Origin: Ostrea edulis
Taxonomy: Eukaryota
DNA length: 64,000 nucleotides
Direction of reading: 5' to 3'
Assembly: GCF_947568905.1 (NCBI RefSeq)
Contig: NC_079168.1
Coordinates: 3,782,001-3,846,000, forward strand
Shown here: positions 27,500-41,300 of the stretch, in pieces
How the letters are laid out: the number at the start of each line of letters is the position of its first letter
How positions within the stretch are numbered: the stretch's first letter is position 1
Position numbers and translations under genes: made by a program
The notes under the pieces: generated by a model
The model's database searches: none
What the model was told of the DNA's origin: nothing
Seen by the model: the letters and a program-made list of their open reading frames with translations, nothing else

Positions 27500-29094
27500 G
27501 CTTCATCACAAATATCAGAAATTATCAGTAAGTTGTGATAGATACAATGTGCATCTTTTCCGTTACTTAAATATTCATCTTTCTTACCTGAACTGCCTTT
27601 CTCAAACAGCATTTGAATGTATGAAAATTAATAAAACTTGTTGCATGTATAAAAAAAAAAAAAAAAAGAGAGAGAGATTTAACAGTTTGATACTGAATAT
27701 TAATTTCTTGTTTGAATATGTAACAATCACATGTAATATCAACCCATTGCAATATATGGAATTTATTGACCACGTACATTGTACATGTCATATTGAATCA
27801 ACTACAAACCATGTTATTAATGAAATAAGTGCATTTTTTAATTAATTTATAATTGATTAAAATTTCATATGCCTATGGTTTTATTTTTTAAACCACAACT
27901 CACTTTTATGATCTGCAAGCTTGCATGTGCATACCTCATTGACAAAACGTCAAAATTGTTTCATTTATAAATGGGATTCGTGTGCCTGCATGTGTGACTT
28001 ATATACTCATAGTAACAGCTGATATAGAGATTTACATGAAGTATAACATCGCAATGGCCGCTAACTAATAGATCACAAATCTTTACATTTTGTGTTGGTT
28101 GCACAGGGCAGTCTCATACTACCCATAGTCCTCTGCGTCTCCGCACTTGTGTGCAAACGACCTCTGGCGGAAGTTTGAGGGCAGTCTAAACCTGAACACA
28201 GAGATGATCTGCGTATATAATTCTGTATGTAGTATGAAAAGGTAAGGTAACCGGAATAACCATTAGGACTGGTTCAAAATTTTGAAATATTTCATCTGCA
28301 TTCGGAATTGTTGATTTCCGGAATTATAACGCTTCCCTTTACTTCATATAGACATTTTAAGATTATTGATCGCTTTTGTACTTCCGGTTAGAATTGATAC
28401 TTAAGAGTACGGTAAGAAAATACTGAACTTAGTGAAAGTTCCCATGGAATTATATGTCATAAAAGATATACCGTAGTGCTTGTAACGAAATATCCGTTTA
28501 TTTACCTAACCCTTTATATCTTTGCGAATGTGATATGTTAAACCACAGGCACCTGAATTAATGCCAATAGAATTTAGAAATCCAGGTGCAGGTGGTGAAA
28601 CACAGTCAGGCCTAGTATATATTGTATACAAAATAAATTTGGTACATGCATCGTTGTAGACTGACATCAACTCCTTTCTCACAACCTAGCCGTTAATCTT
28701 GCTGAACTTTCTATTTATGAAAAATACAATAATTCTACTTCTCTTGATCTTTTAAATTTGCTTCTATCTATTTTTTTTAAATTTGGGTTTGTTTTAATGA
28801 GAAGTTGAGAACCAATGACGTAACGTACACTGATAGATTTTTTAAGCATGTTTTATATCTGTTAAGGACGACACGGAGCCAAAATAGTACACTACAGTGA
28901 TCCCTATTTTTGCTTGTGCATTCATTGGACAATATTCCCAATCTGAAATTCATGCATCCTTCTGAAAGTGCTAAATTCATGCATCCTTCTGAAAGTGCTA
29001 AATTCATCACTGAAATACAATAAGAATTCATATGGAAAGTGTTGATTGTTCACTTTGTATTTCAGAAAGGTAAAATGCCTCAAGGAACAGAGAT

Positions 29095-30643
29095 ATGTAT
29101 CTTGTCTGGTTAAAATATACTGTGAAAGGTCCAATCGCATCATCAAGGAAGAATTGGATTCAAAGGTAAAAATTGAATTACCACATTTATGGAGAAAAAA
29201 CCCACAATCCGTTTGAATTGCTTTTCATGTTTTCTTAGTCAACTTCCATTAATTTATGATACTTCCAAGTAGTCAAGTACTGGTGAAGTTGACCTTGAAA
29301 ATAATGACCAACAAAACAACATAAAATATAACTATATATATCATGTGGGGAATCAATTTGAATTACCTTGACCTGAGATACAATGACCAAGGTGATGTGT
29401 TAAGAGTACTTGTACACTTACTGACCAGGTGCAGATTGTCAGTCTCAACACCAGCCACGCATTATGATACTTTGGGAATAGGAAGACAAGCCAACACAAA
29501 AGAAATCAAACAGGCATATATTTGTCTCTGTAAAAAAGTAAGTATTTAGTAAACATGGTAAAGAAATTCACAAAGACTGTGTAATTGTCATGATTTTGAA
29601 ACTTATAGTATACATGTAGTATTGCATGTACATGTGATATTACTGACCAGCATAATACATGTACATTTATATAAATGTTTTTATCTGATATATTCCCTTG
29701 TTAAAGAAAAATCTTCATTTGACTATAGGCCTCATAGCTGCATTGAAATTTCAGTTGCACCCAGATGCTAATCCAAGTGACCCTCAAGCACAGCAAAAAT
29801 TTATCCAACTTCAAGATGCTTACAATATACTGAGTGACCCTAAGGAGAGAGCAAGTTATGATGTGCAGATGTACAAGGAGCTGCATTCAAGGGCAAATGT
29901 CAAACAAACATATACCACGTAAGTAAGATCAAGAATGACGTAATTTACGTTTGTTCATAAATATATGACACAGTACTGTAGTAAACATGGATAAAGCAGA
30001 TTGAGCTTGCAAAGTCCTCTCCCATGCAAAGACCAAAGGCAGGCGTATTTTCAGATATTCTGTTAATAGCTCAGGTGACCTATTGCAACTGGTCTGTATC
30101 CGACATGCGTCGTCCATCGTGCGTTAACATTAATTTAACATTTTTAACTTCTTTTTGATAACTACCATTCCAATTCTTTTCAGATGTGGTATGAAGCATA
30201 TTTGGGACAAGGGGGATATAAATTGTAAATTTCAAAAAAAATTCTTCTCTACTACTGCACATGTAAAAGAAAAACTAAATGCATAATGATGTAGAGCAGG
30301 AGGGTCTCTATAACAAACTTGTAAATTTCACGATCCCCGGGGTAGAGGTTCTGTCCCCAGGGCGGGGCCAGACTTGATATGTGTAAAACACTTAAATAAC
30401 ATCTTCTTTAGTGCTATTGATACTGAATTGAAACAAAATTATTACAGTGATTATTGTCTTTATCATTTGAAGGATCGACTTTTTGAAGTTTACTGATACA
30501 GCAACTCCGGGGTTTTGACTTTAGGGTGGGTCCAAATTAGTGATATCGTTTATTACGTAAAGTCTTTGTCAGTATATGCACTTTTAAGGGCATTGAAGTT
30601 TTAAGAACACATTTTTATGCCCCCGAGATCGAAGGGCCTATTG

Positions 30644-30688
<45 letters not shown>

Positions 30689-32199
30689 CGTATTCCGGCG
30701 TCCGTCTGTCTGTCCGTCCGTCTGTAAACTTTTCACATTTTCAACTTCTTCTCAACAACCACTGGGCCAATTTCAACCAAAGTTGGCACAAAACATCCTT
30801 AGGTAAAGGGAATTCTAAATTGTTAAAATAAAGGGCCAGGCCACCTTCCAAGGGGAGATAATCAAGAAAAGGTAAAAATAGGGTAGGGTCATTAAAAAAT
30901 CTTCTTCTCAAGAACCACTGGGCCAGAAAAGATGAAATTTATAGATAAACTTTATTAGGTAGTGCAGATTGTAAATTGTTAAAATCATGGCCCCCGGGGG
31001 TCAGATGGGGCCACAATAGGGGATCAAAGTTTTACATACAAATATATAGGGAAAATCTTTAAAAATCTTCTTCTCAAGAACCACTGAGCCAGAAAAGCTG
31101 AGATTTATATGAAAGCTTCCTTATATAATGAAGATTCTAAATTGTTAAAATCACGGCCCCCGGGGGTCGGATGGGGCCACAATAGGGGGTCAAAGTTTTA
31201 CATACAAATATATAGGGAAAATCTTTAAAAATCTTCTTCTCAAGAACCACTGAGCCAGAAAAGCTGAGATTTATATGAAAGCTTCCTTATATAATGCAAA
31301 TTCTAAATTGTTAAAATCATGGCCCCCGGGGGTCGGATGGGGCCACAATAGGGGATCAAAGTTTTACATACAAATATATAGGGAAAATCTTTAAAAATCT
31401 TCTTCTCAAGAACCACTGAGCCAGAATAACTGAGATTTATATGAAAGCTTCCTTATATAATGCAGATTCTAAATTATTAAAATCATGGCCCCCGGGGGTC
31501 GGATGGGGCCACAATAGGGGGTCAAAGTTTGTTTTTTTTGGGGGGTTTTTTTCGGTTTTTTTTTTGGGTTTTTTTTTTATATAGTGCAGATTCAAATTCG
31601 TTAAAATCATGGACCCCGGGGATTGAATGGGGCCTCAAGGGGGGCATCAAAGTTTTACATACAAATTTATAGGAAAAATCTTTTAAAATCAACTTCTCAA
31701 GAACCACTGAGCCAGAAAAGCTGAGATTTATATGAAAACTTCCTGATATAGTGCAGATTATAAATTGCTAAGATCATGGCCCCCCGGGGGTCGGATGGGA
31801 CCACAATAGGGGGTCAAAGTTTTACATACAAATATATAGGAAAAATCTTTAAAAATCTTCTTCCCAGAACCACTAAGCCAGAAAAGCTGAGATTTATATG
31901 AAAGCTTTCTGATATAGTGCAGATTCAGGTTTGTTGAAATCATGCCCCCCTGGAGTAGGATGGGGCCACAATAGGGGATCAAAGTTTTACATACAAATAT
32001 ATAGGGAAAATCTTTAAAAATCTTCTTCTCAAGAACCATTGGGCCAAAGAAGTTCATATTTACATGAAAGCTTTCTGACATAGTGTAGATTCAAGTTTGC
32101 AAAAACCATGGCCTCCAAGGGTAGGTTTGGGGCCATAATAGGGACTACGGTTTTACATGCAAATAGATATGGAAAATCTTCTGATATGGACCAAGGTGA

Positions 32200-32236
<37 letters not shown>

Positions 32237-32676
32237 GAATTGTTTTGGCACTACTATCAATTAAATGATACATGTGTATAACCCTTTTAAGTTTTTCACC
32301 ACCAGAGGCATATACATGTTTCTGAAACATTTCTCTTAGTAGTCACAGCACAGAGCACATGTCTGAACAGGAAGTCATGCAGAGGTTTTACAAAAGACAT
32401 CAGGAGATTTACGAAGAATGGGCCAGGAAAAACAAAAGTCAGTCCAGCACCAACACACACCAACATTGGAATGAGAACAGACAACAGGCATATGACGACC
32501 CCAAGGAGTGGTCTGGGCCAGGGAATTTCAATCCACATGACGAGGTGTCATTCAGAGTGTATCGGTATCTGAGTATGCTGTCTGTCGCAGACTTATTCCT
32601 CATCACTGCTTTTGGGAAGGTCATCTCTCTGTTCCTGATGATGTACCTTTTATATTCTTATTACAAAAAATTCTAG
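29095..32676 (+). CDS. DNAJC4: DNAJC4-like J-domain protein, paralogue A, 224 aa; exons 29095-29165, 29435-29537, 29755-29918, 32340-32676
   Basis: [27 protein letters not shown]|[36 protein letters not shown]; basic N-terminal leader; C-terminal hydrophobic segment; intron phases 2,0,2; 675 nt. The symbol rests on recalled architecture and motif similarity. Confidence 0.88.
30644..32234 (+). mobile_element. Helentron/HINE-type non-autonomous element carrying ~8-9 units of 166-bp Cg170-type satellite (paralogue A intron 3)
   Basis: 5' TTAGCTCACCTGAG with 3' inverted CTCAGGTGAGC, terminal hairpin GGCCCATGGGCC, short (CCGT/CTGT) microsatellite, 166-bp period (e.g. 31081 to 31247). Confidence 0.9.
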
Positions 32677-33764
32677 TGGCCATGATCCTTACAGTTTGTT
32701 CTTCAATGATTTTCATTTATTAAGTTATTGACATGTATGTTAAAACATACTATAATTTCTGTTTGACAATTTAAGTTTATTTAATAGCTCTGTTTACTAT
32801 GATTCAAATAAAAATTTGTTTTATATATTTTGGACAAGATTAACAACTTGTGAATGTACATTGTATATTACAGGAAAATGTTATCATGTATATGTAATTG
32901 GTAACATATTGACAGGATACAATGTGTTGTAAGTGCCAAGTAATATATTTATAGACTTGCTTTGTATTTTGAAATTGTTGAATTTTATTTTGAATAAAAA
33001 TATAAGTATAATTTTATCCAAGCATTATAATATACATTGCACCATGAAAATTGCATACCAGGGCTTTAATCTATGTTTACATTCTGCCGACCCTCATATC
33101 AGTCTTAATGATTTATACAATAGTAAGGAAAATCATGTGATACAATTGACCAATCAACAGATTGTTGTTCTTCTTACATTTTGGTCTAAATGCTAGCTGT
33201 AGTAAACAAAAATGTATGAAGACATTATTTTCGTCAATACAAGAAAAGTTTCACTACAAAGTAATGAGATTATTGAAATTCACAAAACAAACATACCTAT
33301 TTCTAGCTTTCATGTCCAGTAAACCTAATGCGTACAAATGTACACAATGTGGTTCTAGATGAAGCCTTTTTTTACACTATATTTGACTGGCCCTTTAGCT
33401 TCTATCTATTGCACATAACAATTTTGGAAATTGATGGGAGCTGCCAAATTTAGTGGAGATTAAACTTGGGGATTCGAGAATGAAAGTTTGGCCCAAACGA
33501 AAGGCGAAATACAAGCACATTTCTTGAAAGAAGACAAACAATTTTTTGCTCAGTACACTACAAACTTTATATGACATTGGCCAAGGTTACAACAATACAT
33601 AAGCTAGTTATGTAATTTTATATCATAACCCTGTTGTATTTAGATTAATGTTTCAGACTTTGATATTGTATCTGATTTCAATCATTCCATTTTTTATGTC
33701 TACTCCGAAGTCCTATACATTTGCCTGTGACATATGCATCTGGACACCATAAATTCTTGTGTTT

Positions 33765-33985
33765 AATGAAGAAGTTAAGATAACAGTTATCAATCATATA
33801 ATTTTCACAAAGAATGAAAAATAATTAAGAGTAGGGCAGACATGGACCCCTGGACACACCAGAAGTGAGATCAGGTATCTAGGAGGAGTAAGCATTTCCT
33901 GTTGACCGGTCACACCTGCCTTGAATCCTATGTTTTGATCAGGTAAATGGAGTAATCGGACCTAATGACCAGTTGTTTAGTAAAT
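33765..33985 (-). mobile_element. Degenerate 3'-end fragment of the retroelement family at 57100-57413
   Basis: Contains CTAGGAGGAGTAAGCAT...GACCGGTCACACC, the reverse complement of the 57270-57305 motif. Confidence 0.6.
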
Positions 33986-34237
33986 TAGATGGTTCTAACA
34001 ATCATACTTTATTTAACTTCAATAATCTACAGCAGACAGAATTTAATCATGAATACAAATTGCAGTCAGTTATTACTGTGTCGGCAGTTCACATTTTCAG
34101 TCCTTTGATTATTTTCAGTGCCGCATGAAAGAGAAGTTGCCTGATTTATATAGGTCAGACGTGGGCAGCATAAGTGTAATTTATGTGCGATACCTTGCAG
34201 TTTGCTGGCCATGTTCTATTTTTAATTACTCGAACTA

Positions 34238-34560
34238 TCAGGTGGACATGATGTATGTCAGGTGGTTCTACTATCAATACATGTATACTAGGACATTCAG
34301 GTGGTTCTACTATCAACATATGCATACTAGGACACTCAGGTGGTGCTGATAAACAATGTTGGATGGTTCTACTATCAATACAAATATACTAAGACATTCA
34401 GGTGGTGCTGATAAACAATGTCAGGTGGTTTTACTATCAATAGATGTATACTAGGACATTCAGGTGGTTCTCCTATCAACATATGCATACTAGGACATTC
34501 AGGTGGTGCTGATAAACAATGTCAGGTGGTTCCACTATCAATACATGCATCACCAGGACA
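34238..34560. repeat. Composite tandem repeat (CAGGTGGTTCTACTATCAATACATGTATACTAGGACATT plus CAGGTGGTGCTGATAAACAATGT modules)
   Basis: Direct reading. Confidence 0.85.
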
Positions 34561-34876
34561 CTCTTGTACTGATAATGAATTGGGGGTGAAGTTTTGAGTT
34601 ACAGGTAACAATTTCAGGATGATGAGCAACTTCCTTTATAACCGTAAATGAAAAAAAAATAGATTCCTGTCAATTTAGCTTAAAGTTAGTGAATTAACGT
34701 GACAATTGATCTGTAAATCATGTGTTCGAAACTTGCAGGGGTTGTAATTTTTCCCCTTTGATTGATTTCTACTAAAACTGCATATTTTTCAATAAATAAT
34801 GAGTAAACAAAGTAAAATTTATTTTATATTTTCTCCACTTTCCATTTATAACAGTTTTCTCTCATGTGATACATGC

Positions 34877-37800
34877 TTCTGTCAGTGCCGGGTGTCAGGG
34901 TGTTCATTGTCATCTACTGTCAGTGTCAGGGTGTTCATTGTCATCTACTGTCAGTGTCAGGGTGTTCATTGTCAGCTACTGTCTTCTGTCAGTGTCAGGG
35001 TGTTCATTGTCAGCTACTGTCAGTGTCAGGGTGTTCATTGTCAGCTACTGTCTTCTGTCAGTGCCGGGTGTCAGGGTGTTCATTGTCATCTACTGTCTCC
35101 TGTCAGTGTCAGGGTGTTCTTTGTCATCTACTGTCTACTGTCAGTGTCAGGGTGTTCATTGTCATCTACTGTCTCCTGTCAGTGTCAGGGTGTTCATTGT
35201 CATCTACTGTCAGTGTCAGGGTGTTCATTGTCATCTACTGTCTCCTGTCAGTGCCGGGTGTCAGGGTGTTCATTGTCATCTACTGTCTCCTGTCAGTGTC
35301 ACGGTGTTCTTTGTCATCTACTGTCAGTGTCAGGGTGTTCATTGTCATCTACTGTCTCCTGTCAGTGTCAGGGTGTTCATTGTCATCTACTGTCTTCTGT
35401 CAGTGCCGGGTGTCAGGGTGTTCATTGTCATCTACTGTCAGTGTCAAGGTGTTCATTGTCATCTACTGTCTTCTGTCAGTGTCAGGGTGTTCATTGTCAG
35501 CTACTGTCAGTGTCAGGGTGTTCATTGTCATCTACTGTCTCCTGTCAGTGTCAGGGTGTTCATTGTCAGCTACTGTCTCCTGTCAGTGCCGGGTGTCAGG
35601 GTGTTCATTGTCATCTACTGTCTTCTGTCAGTGTCAGGGTGTTCATTGTCATCTACTGTCTTCTGTCAGTGTCAGGGTGTTCATTGTCAGCTACTGTCTT
35701 CTGTCAGTGCTGGGTGTCAGGATGTTCATTGTCATCTACTGTCTCCTGTCAGTGCCGGGTGTCAGGGTGATCATTGTCATCTACTGTCTTCTGTCAGTGT
35801 CAGGGTGTTCATTGTCATCTACTGTCTTCTGTCAGTGCCGGGTGTCAGGGTGTTCATTGTCAGCTACTGTCTCCTGTCAGTGCCGGGTTTCAGGATGTTC
35901 ATTGTCATCTACTGTCTTCTGTCAGTGTCAGGGTGTTCATTGTCGTCTCCTGTCAGTGTCAGGATGTTCATTGTCAGCTACTGTCAGTGTCAGGGTGTTC
36001 ATTGTCATCTACTGTCAGTGTCAGGGTGTTCATTGTCATCTACTGTCAGTGTCAGGGTGTTCATTGTTATCTACTGTCAGTGTCAGGGTGTTCATTATCA
36101 TCTACTGTCAGTGTCAGGGTGTTCATTGTCAGCTACTGTCTCCTGTCAGTGCCGGGTTTCAGGATGTTCATTGTCATCTACTGTCTTCTGTCAGTGTCAG
36201 GGTGTTCATTGTCATCTACTGTCTTCTGTCAGTGTCAGGGTGTTCATTGTCATCTACTGTCTTCCTGTCAGTGTCAGGGTGTTCATTGTCATCTACTGTC
36301 TCCTGTCAGTGTCAGGGTGTTCATTGTCATCTACTGTCTTCCTGTCAGTGTCAGGGTGTTCATTGTCATCTACTGTCTTCTGTCAGTGTCAGGGTGTTCA
36401 TTGTTATCTACTGTCTTCTGTCAGTGTCAGGGTGTTCATTGTTATCTACTGTCTTCTGTCAGTGTCAGGGTGTTCATTGTTATCTACTGTCTTCTGTCAG
36501 TGTCAGGTGTCAGGGTGTTCATTGTCATGTACTGTCTTCTGTCAGTGTCAGGGTGTTCATTGTCATCTACTGTCAGTGTCAGGGTGTTCATTGTCATCTA
36601 CTGTCTTCTGTCAGTGTCAGAGTGTTCATTGTTATCTACTGTCTTCTGTCAGTGTCAGGGTGTTCATTGTTATCTACTGTCTTCTGTCAGTGTCAGGTGT
36701 CAGGGTGTTCATTGTTATCTACTGTCTTCTGTCAGTGTCAGGGTGTTTATTGTCATCTACTGTCTTCTGTCAGTGTCGGGTTTCAGGGTGTTCATTGTCA
36801 TCTACTGTCTTCTGTCAGTGCCGGGTGTCAGGGTGTTCATTGTCATCTACTGTCTTCTGTCAGTGTCAGGGTGTTCATTGTCATCTACTGTCAGTGTCAG
36901 GGTGTTCATTGTCATCTACTGTCTTCTGTCAGTGTCAGGGTGTTCATTGTCAGCTACTGTCTTCTGTCAGTGTCAGGATGTTCATTGTCAGCTACTGTCT
37001 CCTGTCAGTGTCAGGGTGTTCATTGTCAGCTACTGTCTTCTGTCAGTGCTGGGTGTCAGGGTGTCCATTGTCATCTACTGTCAGGGTGTTCATTGTCATC
37101 TACTGTCTCCTGTCAGTGTCAGGGTGTTCATTGTCATCTACTGTCTTCTGTCAGTGTCAGGGTGTTCATTGTCAGCTACTGTCTTCTGTCAGTGCCAGGT
37201 GTCAGGGTGTTCATTGTCATCTACTGTCTCCTGTCAGTGTCAGGGTGTTCATTGTCATCTACTGTCTCCTGTCAGTGTCAGGGTGTTCATTGTCATCTAC
37301 TGTCTTCTGTCAGTGTCAGGGTGTTCATTGTCAGCTACTGTCAGTGTCAGGGTGTTCATTGTCATCTACTGTCTCCTGTCAGTGCCGGGTGTCAGGGTGT
37401 TCATTGTCATCTACTGTCTTCTGTCAGTGTCAGGGTGTTCATTGTCATCTACTGTCTCCTGTCAGTGTCAGGGTGTTCATTGTTATCTACTGTCTTCTGT
37501 CAGTGTCAGGGTGTTCATTGTCATCTACTGTCTTCTGTCAGTGTCAGGGTGTTCATTGTTATCTACTGTCTCCTGTCAGTGTCAGGGTGTCCATTGTCAG
37601 CTACTGTCTCCTGTCAGTGTCAGGGTGTTCATTGTCATCTACTGTCTCCTGTCAGTGTCAGGGTGTTCATTGTCAGCTACTGTCTCCTGTCAGTGTCAGG
37701 GTGTTCATTGTCATCTACTGTCTTCTGTCAGTGCCGGGTGTCAGGGTGTTCATTGTCATCTACTGTCTCCTGTCAGTGTCAGGGTGTTCATTGTCATCTA

Positions 37801-38334
37801 CTGTCTTCTGTCAGTGTCTGGGTGTTCATTGTCATCTACTGTCTCCTGTCAGTGTCAGGGTGTTCATTGTCAGCTACTGTCTCCTGTCAGTGCCGGGTGT
37901 CAGGGTGTTCATTGTCATCTACATGTCTGGGTGTTCATTGTCATCTACTGTCTCCTGTCAGTGTCAGGGTGTTCATTGTCAGCTACTGTCAGTGTCAGGG
38001 TGTTCATTGTCAGCTACTGTCAGTGTCAGGGTGTTCATTGTCATCTACTGTCTTCTGTCAGTGTCAGGGTGTTCATTGTCATCTACTGTCTTCTGTCAGT
38101 GTCAGGGTGTTCATTGTTATCTACTGTCTTCTGTCAGTGCCGGGGTGTTCATTGTCATCTACTGTCTCCTGTCAGTGTCAGGGTGTTCATTATCAGCTAC
38201 TGTCTCCTGTCAGTGCCGGGTGTCAGGGTGTTCATTGTCATCTACTGTCTTCCTGTCAGTGTCAGGGTGTTCATTGTTATCTACTGTCTTCTGTCAGTGT
38301 CAGGGTGTTCATTGTCATCTACTGTCTTCTGTCA
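34877..38334. repeat. 3.46-kb modular minisatellite (31/38/45-bp variants of TGTCAGTGTCAGGGTGTTCATTGTCATCTACTGTCTTC)
   Basis: Direct reading; the unit lacks + strand stops, giving the spurious 1162, 1168 and 865-aa ORFs. Confidence 0.97.
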
Positions 38335-41300
38335 CTTTTTTGTTATGTATGTAATCTCTTTCAACATGTAAATTCCTGATAAACACATAAAAAACGTGAA
38401 AACATTAATCAAGGTAAATACTAAGAAAATGTCCTGAAAAGTCGCCTCCGACGATTGTTTATGTTCAATGAAAGCATCCACAAGAAAAGCAAAAGGTCCG
38501 AGCATGTTGTTGAGTTTTTGATGATTGAAGGCGTGATGATGATGAGGGTAGTCCTTTCTATCTCCGTGGTTGGTGCTGTTTCTATGTTGTTTGATCCAAT
38601 CATCCTTCTCTGGTTTCCTTCTCTGTCTGGCCCACTGACCATACAAATCCTCCTGTTGTCTGGCCTGACTTGACCACTGTCCATACTTGCCCTGTTCTGT
38701 ACCCTGACGCTGCCAGTAATTGTAATCAGTGGTTTCCTGTTTATGATGAACGGAGTTCCATTGCCTAAATAAGATGTACAAATTGTGGTGGCTTACATTC
38801 CAACATGATTTTGTCAAGAAAATCTCCAAAATAATAATTTACGTCAATGACATTACAAAGAACACAGAACAATAATGTTAATGTCAAAATGCCATTCCGA
38901 CTACTAAGTATAGAAAGCATCCATGGTTCTGACAAGAACAGAAAGTTCTACAAAATATGATATCAGAAAGATCAACACCTCCAGAAAATTACACTGAAAT
39001 TTAATGTGAATATGAGATTTACAGCTTTACAAAGTTTCATCTTCCAGTTTATTTTGGTTTTAGAACTATTACATGGAAAGATTTGTGAATGTACAATAAT
39101 GAGGACTAATACTTCTGAAAATTTATAATATCACACAGTCAATGTTAGGATTTGGGGGGATGCAAGATCAAAGGTGAAAATAATGAACAGTGATCAATCT
39201 CATAACTCCTATAAGCAATACAAAATAGAGAGTTGGGCAAACACGGAATCCTGGATATACCAGAGGTGGGGTCAGGTGCCTAGGAGGAGTAAGCATCCCG
39301 TTGACAGAGTCCTATATCTTGATCAGGTAAACAGAGTAATTCGTAGTCAAAATCAGTGTGCCAAGAATGGCCTAACAATCGGTATGAAATATGTCAGATA
39401 GCATTTGACCCAATGATAGTTTTTGACAAACTGGATCATTATAACAACCATAGATGTAATCTTTAAAATTTGTTTACTTTTGGGATATTCAAGTCATGCA
39501 CTTAATTTCATACAATAACGAAAAAATTTATCAACTACGTAACAGAGGATTATAGCAAAACATGTATTTACAGTAAAACATGCTTATAACGATTGATTGA
39601 TTGTATATTGTTTAATGTCCCTTTTGTGAATCTTTCCCTTATAGGCTTATAATGAACATGCTTATTATTACCAATTCATGCTTAATGCAGTGTTATTTCT
39701 TCCCCTTTGAGAGGAAAATAACGAAAATTTTATTCTATACAATGAAGTTTGGATATAACAAACTGTTTCATTACTCTGGTATCGTTGCAAACCATGGGTT
39801 ATTGGTTTGTGAAAAAGAATGGAACAATAGCCCGTGGTTTGCGACTATGTGATCCTGGAGGTTCACTATAACTGTGTTTTGCTGTATAATAAAGTTTGGT
39901 TATACATGTAATGAACTGCTTTCCTGACGCTGGAGGTTTGATATAACAGTGTTTTACTGTATCATGAAATTTGGTTATAATGAAATACTGTTTTAATGAG
40001 CTGTTTTTTTTGCTGACACAAGAGGTTCACTAACCATGTTTTACTGTTTAATGATGTTTGGTTATATTGAACTGGTTTTTGCTGGCCCTGGTGGTTCATT
40101 TTAGCCTTGTTTTACTGTATAATGAAGTTTGGTTATAATGAACTGTTTTTTGCTGACCCTAGAGATTCTCTATAATCGTGTTTTACTGTATACAAATTAA
40201 CTCTCATAATGATTAACAATAGTTATAATATTTCTGGCCCACTGGTTTAATTGAAATTATCAATCCTACTTTCAATTTCATATATATATTATCTCGCATT
40301 GGGATGAAGGGTGTGACTTTTCATTTCACAATCTTCAATACTTTATAGCCAAGCATACTTAAATTTCATAAAATACAGATAAAATGTATTTTACTTCTGA
40401 AGATTGGTTGAACACATTGTCTTTAGTTATTATGACATTGATGGTATGCAATCCAGAAAGCAAGCTCGTGTACTTCAGCTGTTGGGAAATAATGAACTAA
40501 TCTTAATTTAGACGTGCATTTAGTGAGCTTACCTTCAATAATGCTTTCAGTGAGCTTACTTTGATTTGGGGTATGCCATGTAGATCTGTCTGTTATAGCG
40601 AGCTCTTTCCTTGGGGTCATTCAGCACCAGGTAGGCTTCTTGAAGGCGGACAAACTTCTGCTGGGATTGCGAGTCCCCTGGATTAAGATCTGGATGATAC
40701 TGAAATAAAAATATGAATTTAATTAAAATGCAAATCTCAATATTACCCTAGGGGAAGAGGAACATCAAATTTTTTTCCAAAAGCTGAAAGTTGTTTTGCC
40801 ACTTGACGACCAATCAGCAGTGTGTTCTGTATGTGTATTCCAGGTTCGCATTATGTGACCTTTTTGATTCTATTTGTTAACCTCTCTTCTTGTCTTTCAG
40901 TTGATTTAACCTGCAGCGTTTTGTGCTATATACTTTTATGTTGTTGCTGTGTGTATGGAGCGCCACATTAACATAAACTCAAATAATTGAAGATATCTTC
41001 AATTATTTGAAGATATCATCAAATGAATTGATCCACGCAACAATTTAATTAAAGATCTCTTCAAATAATTAATGATATCTTCAATTCTGAATTATTGTGC
41101 ACATTAATTGAATTGATGATAGCATTTAAAATTCTTCAGCTGAATTGATGCATGCTTTAATTGAATTAATGATCTCTTCAAATAAATTAATGATATTAAC
41201 AATTGAATTGATGAGCGCTACAATTCAATTGAAGAGAGCAATAATTAATATAATATGTGCGCATTAAATCAATTGATGAGAGCAATAATTGAATTGATGT

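Noticed and set aside
34799-38379. Cys-rich ORFs of 1162, 1168, 865 and 323 aa
   Set aside because: All three + frames stay open only because the repeat unit lacks stops; 31/38/45-bp variants shift frame constantly, and there is no non-repeat domain.
40527-40559. Second GTAAGC donor 27 nt further into paralogue B intron 3
   Set aside because: Using it would include an in-frame TAA; no evidence of function.
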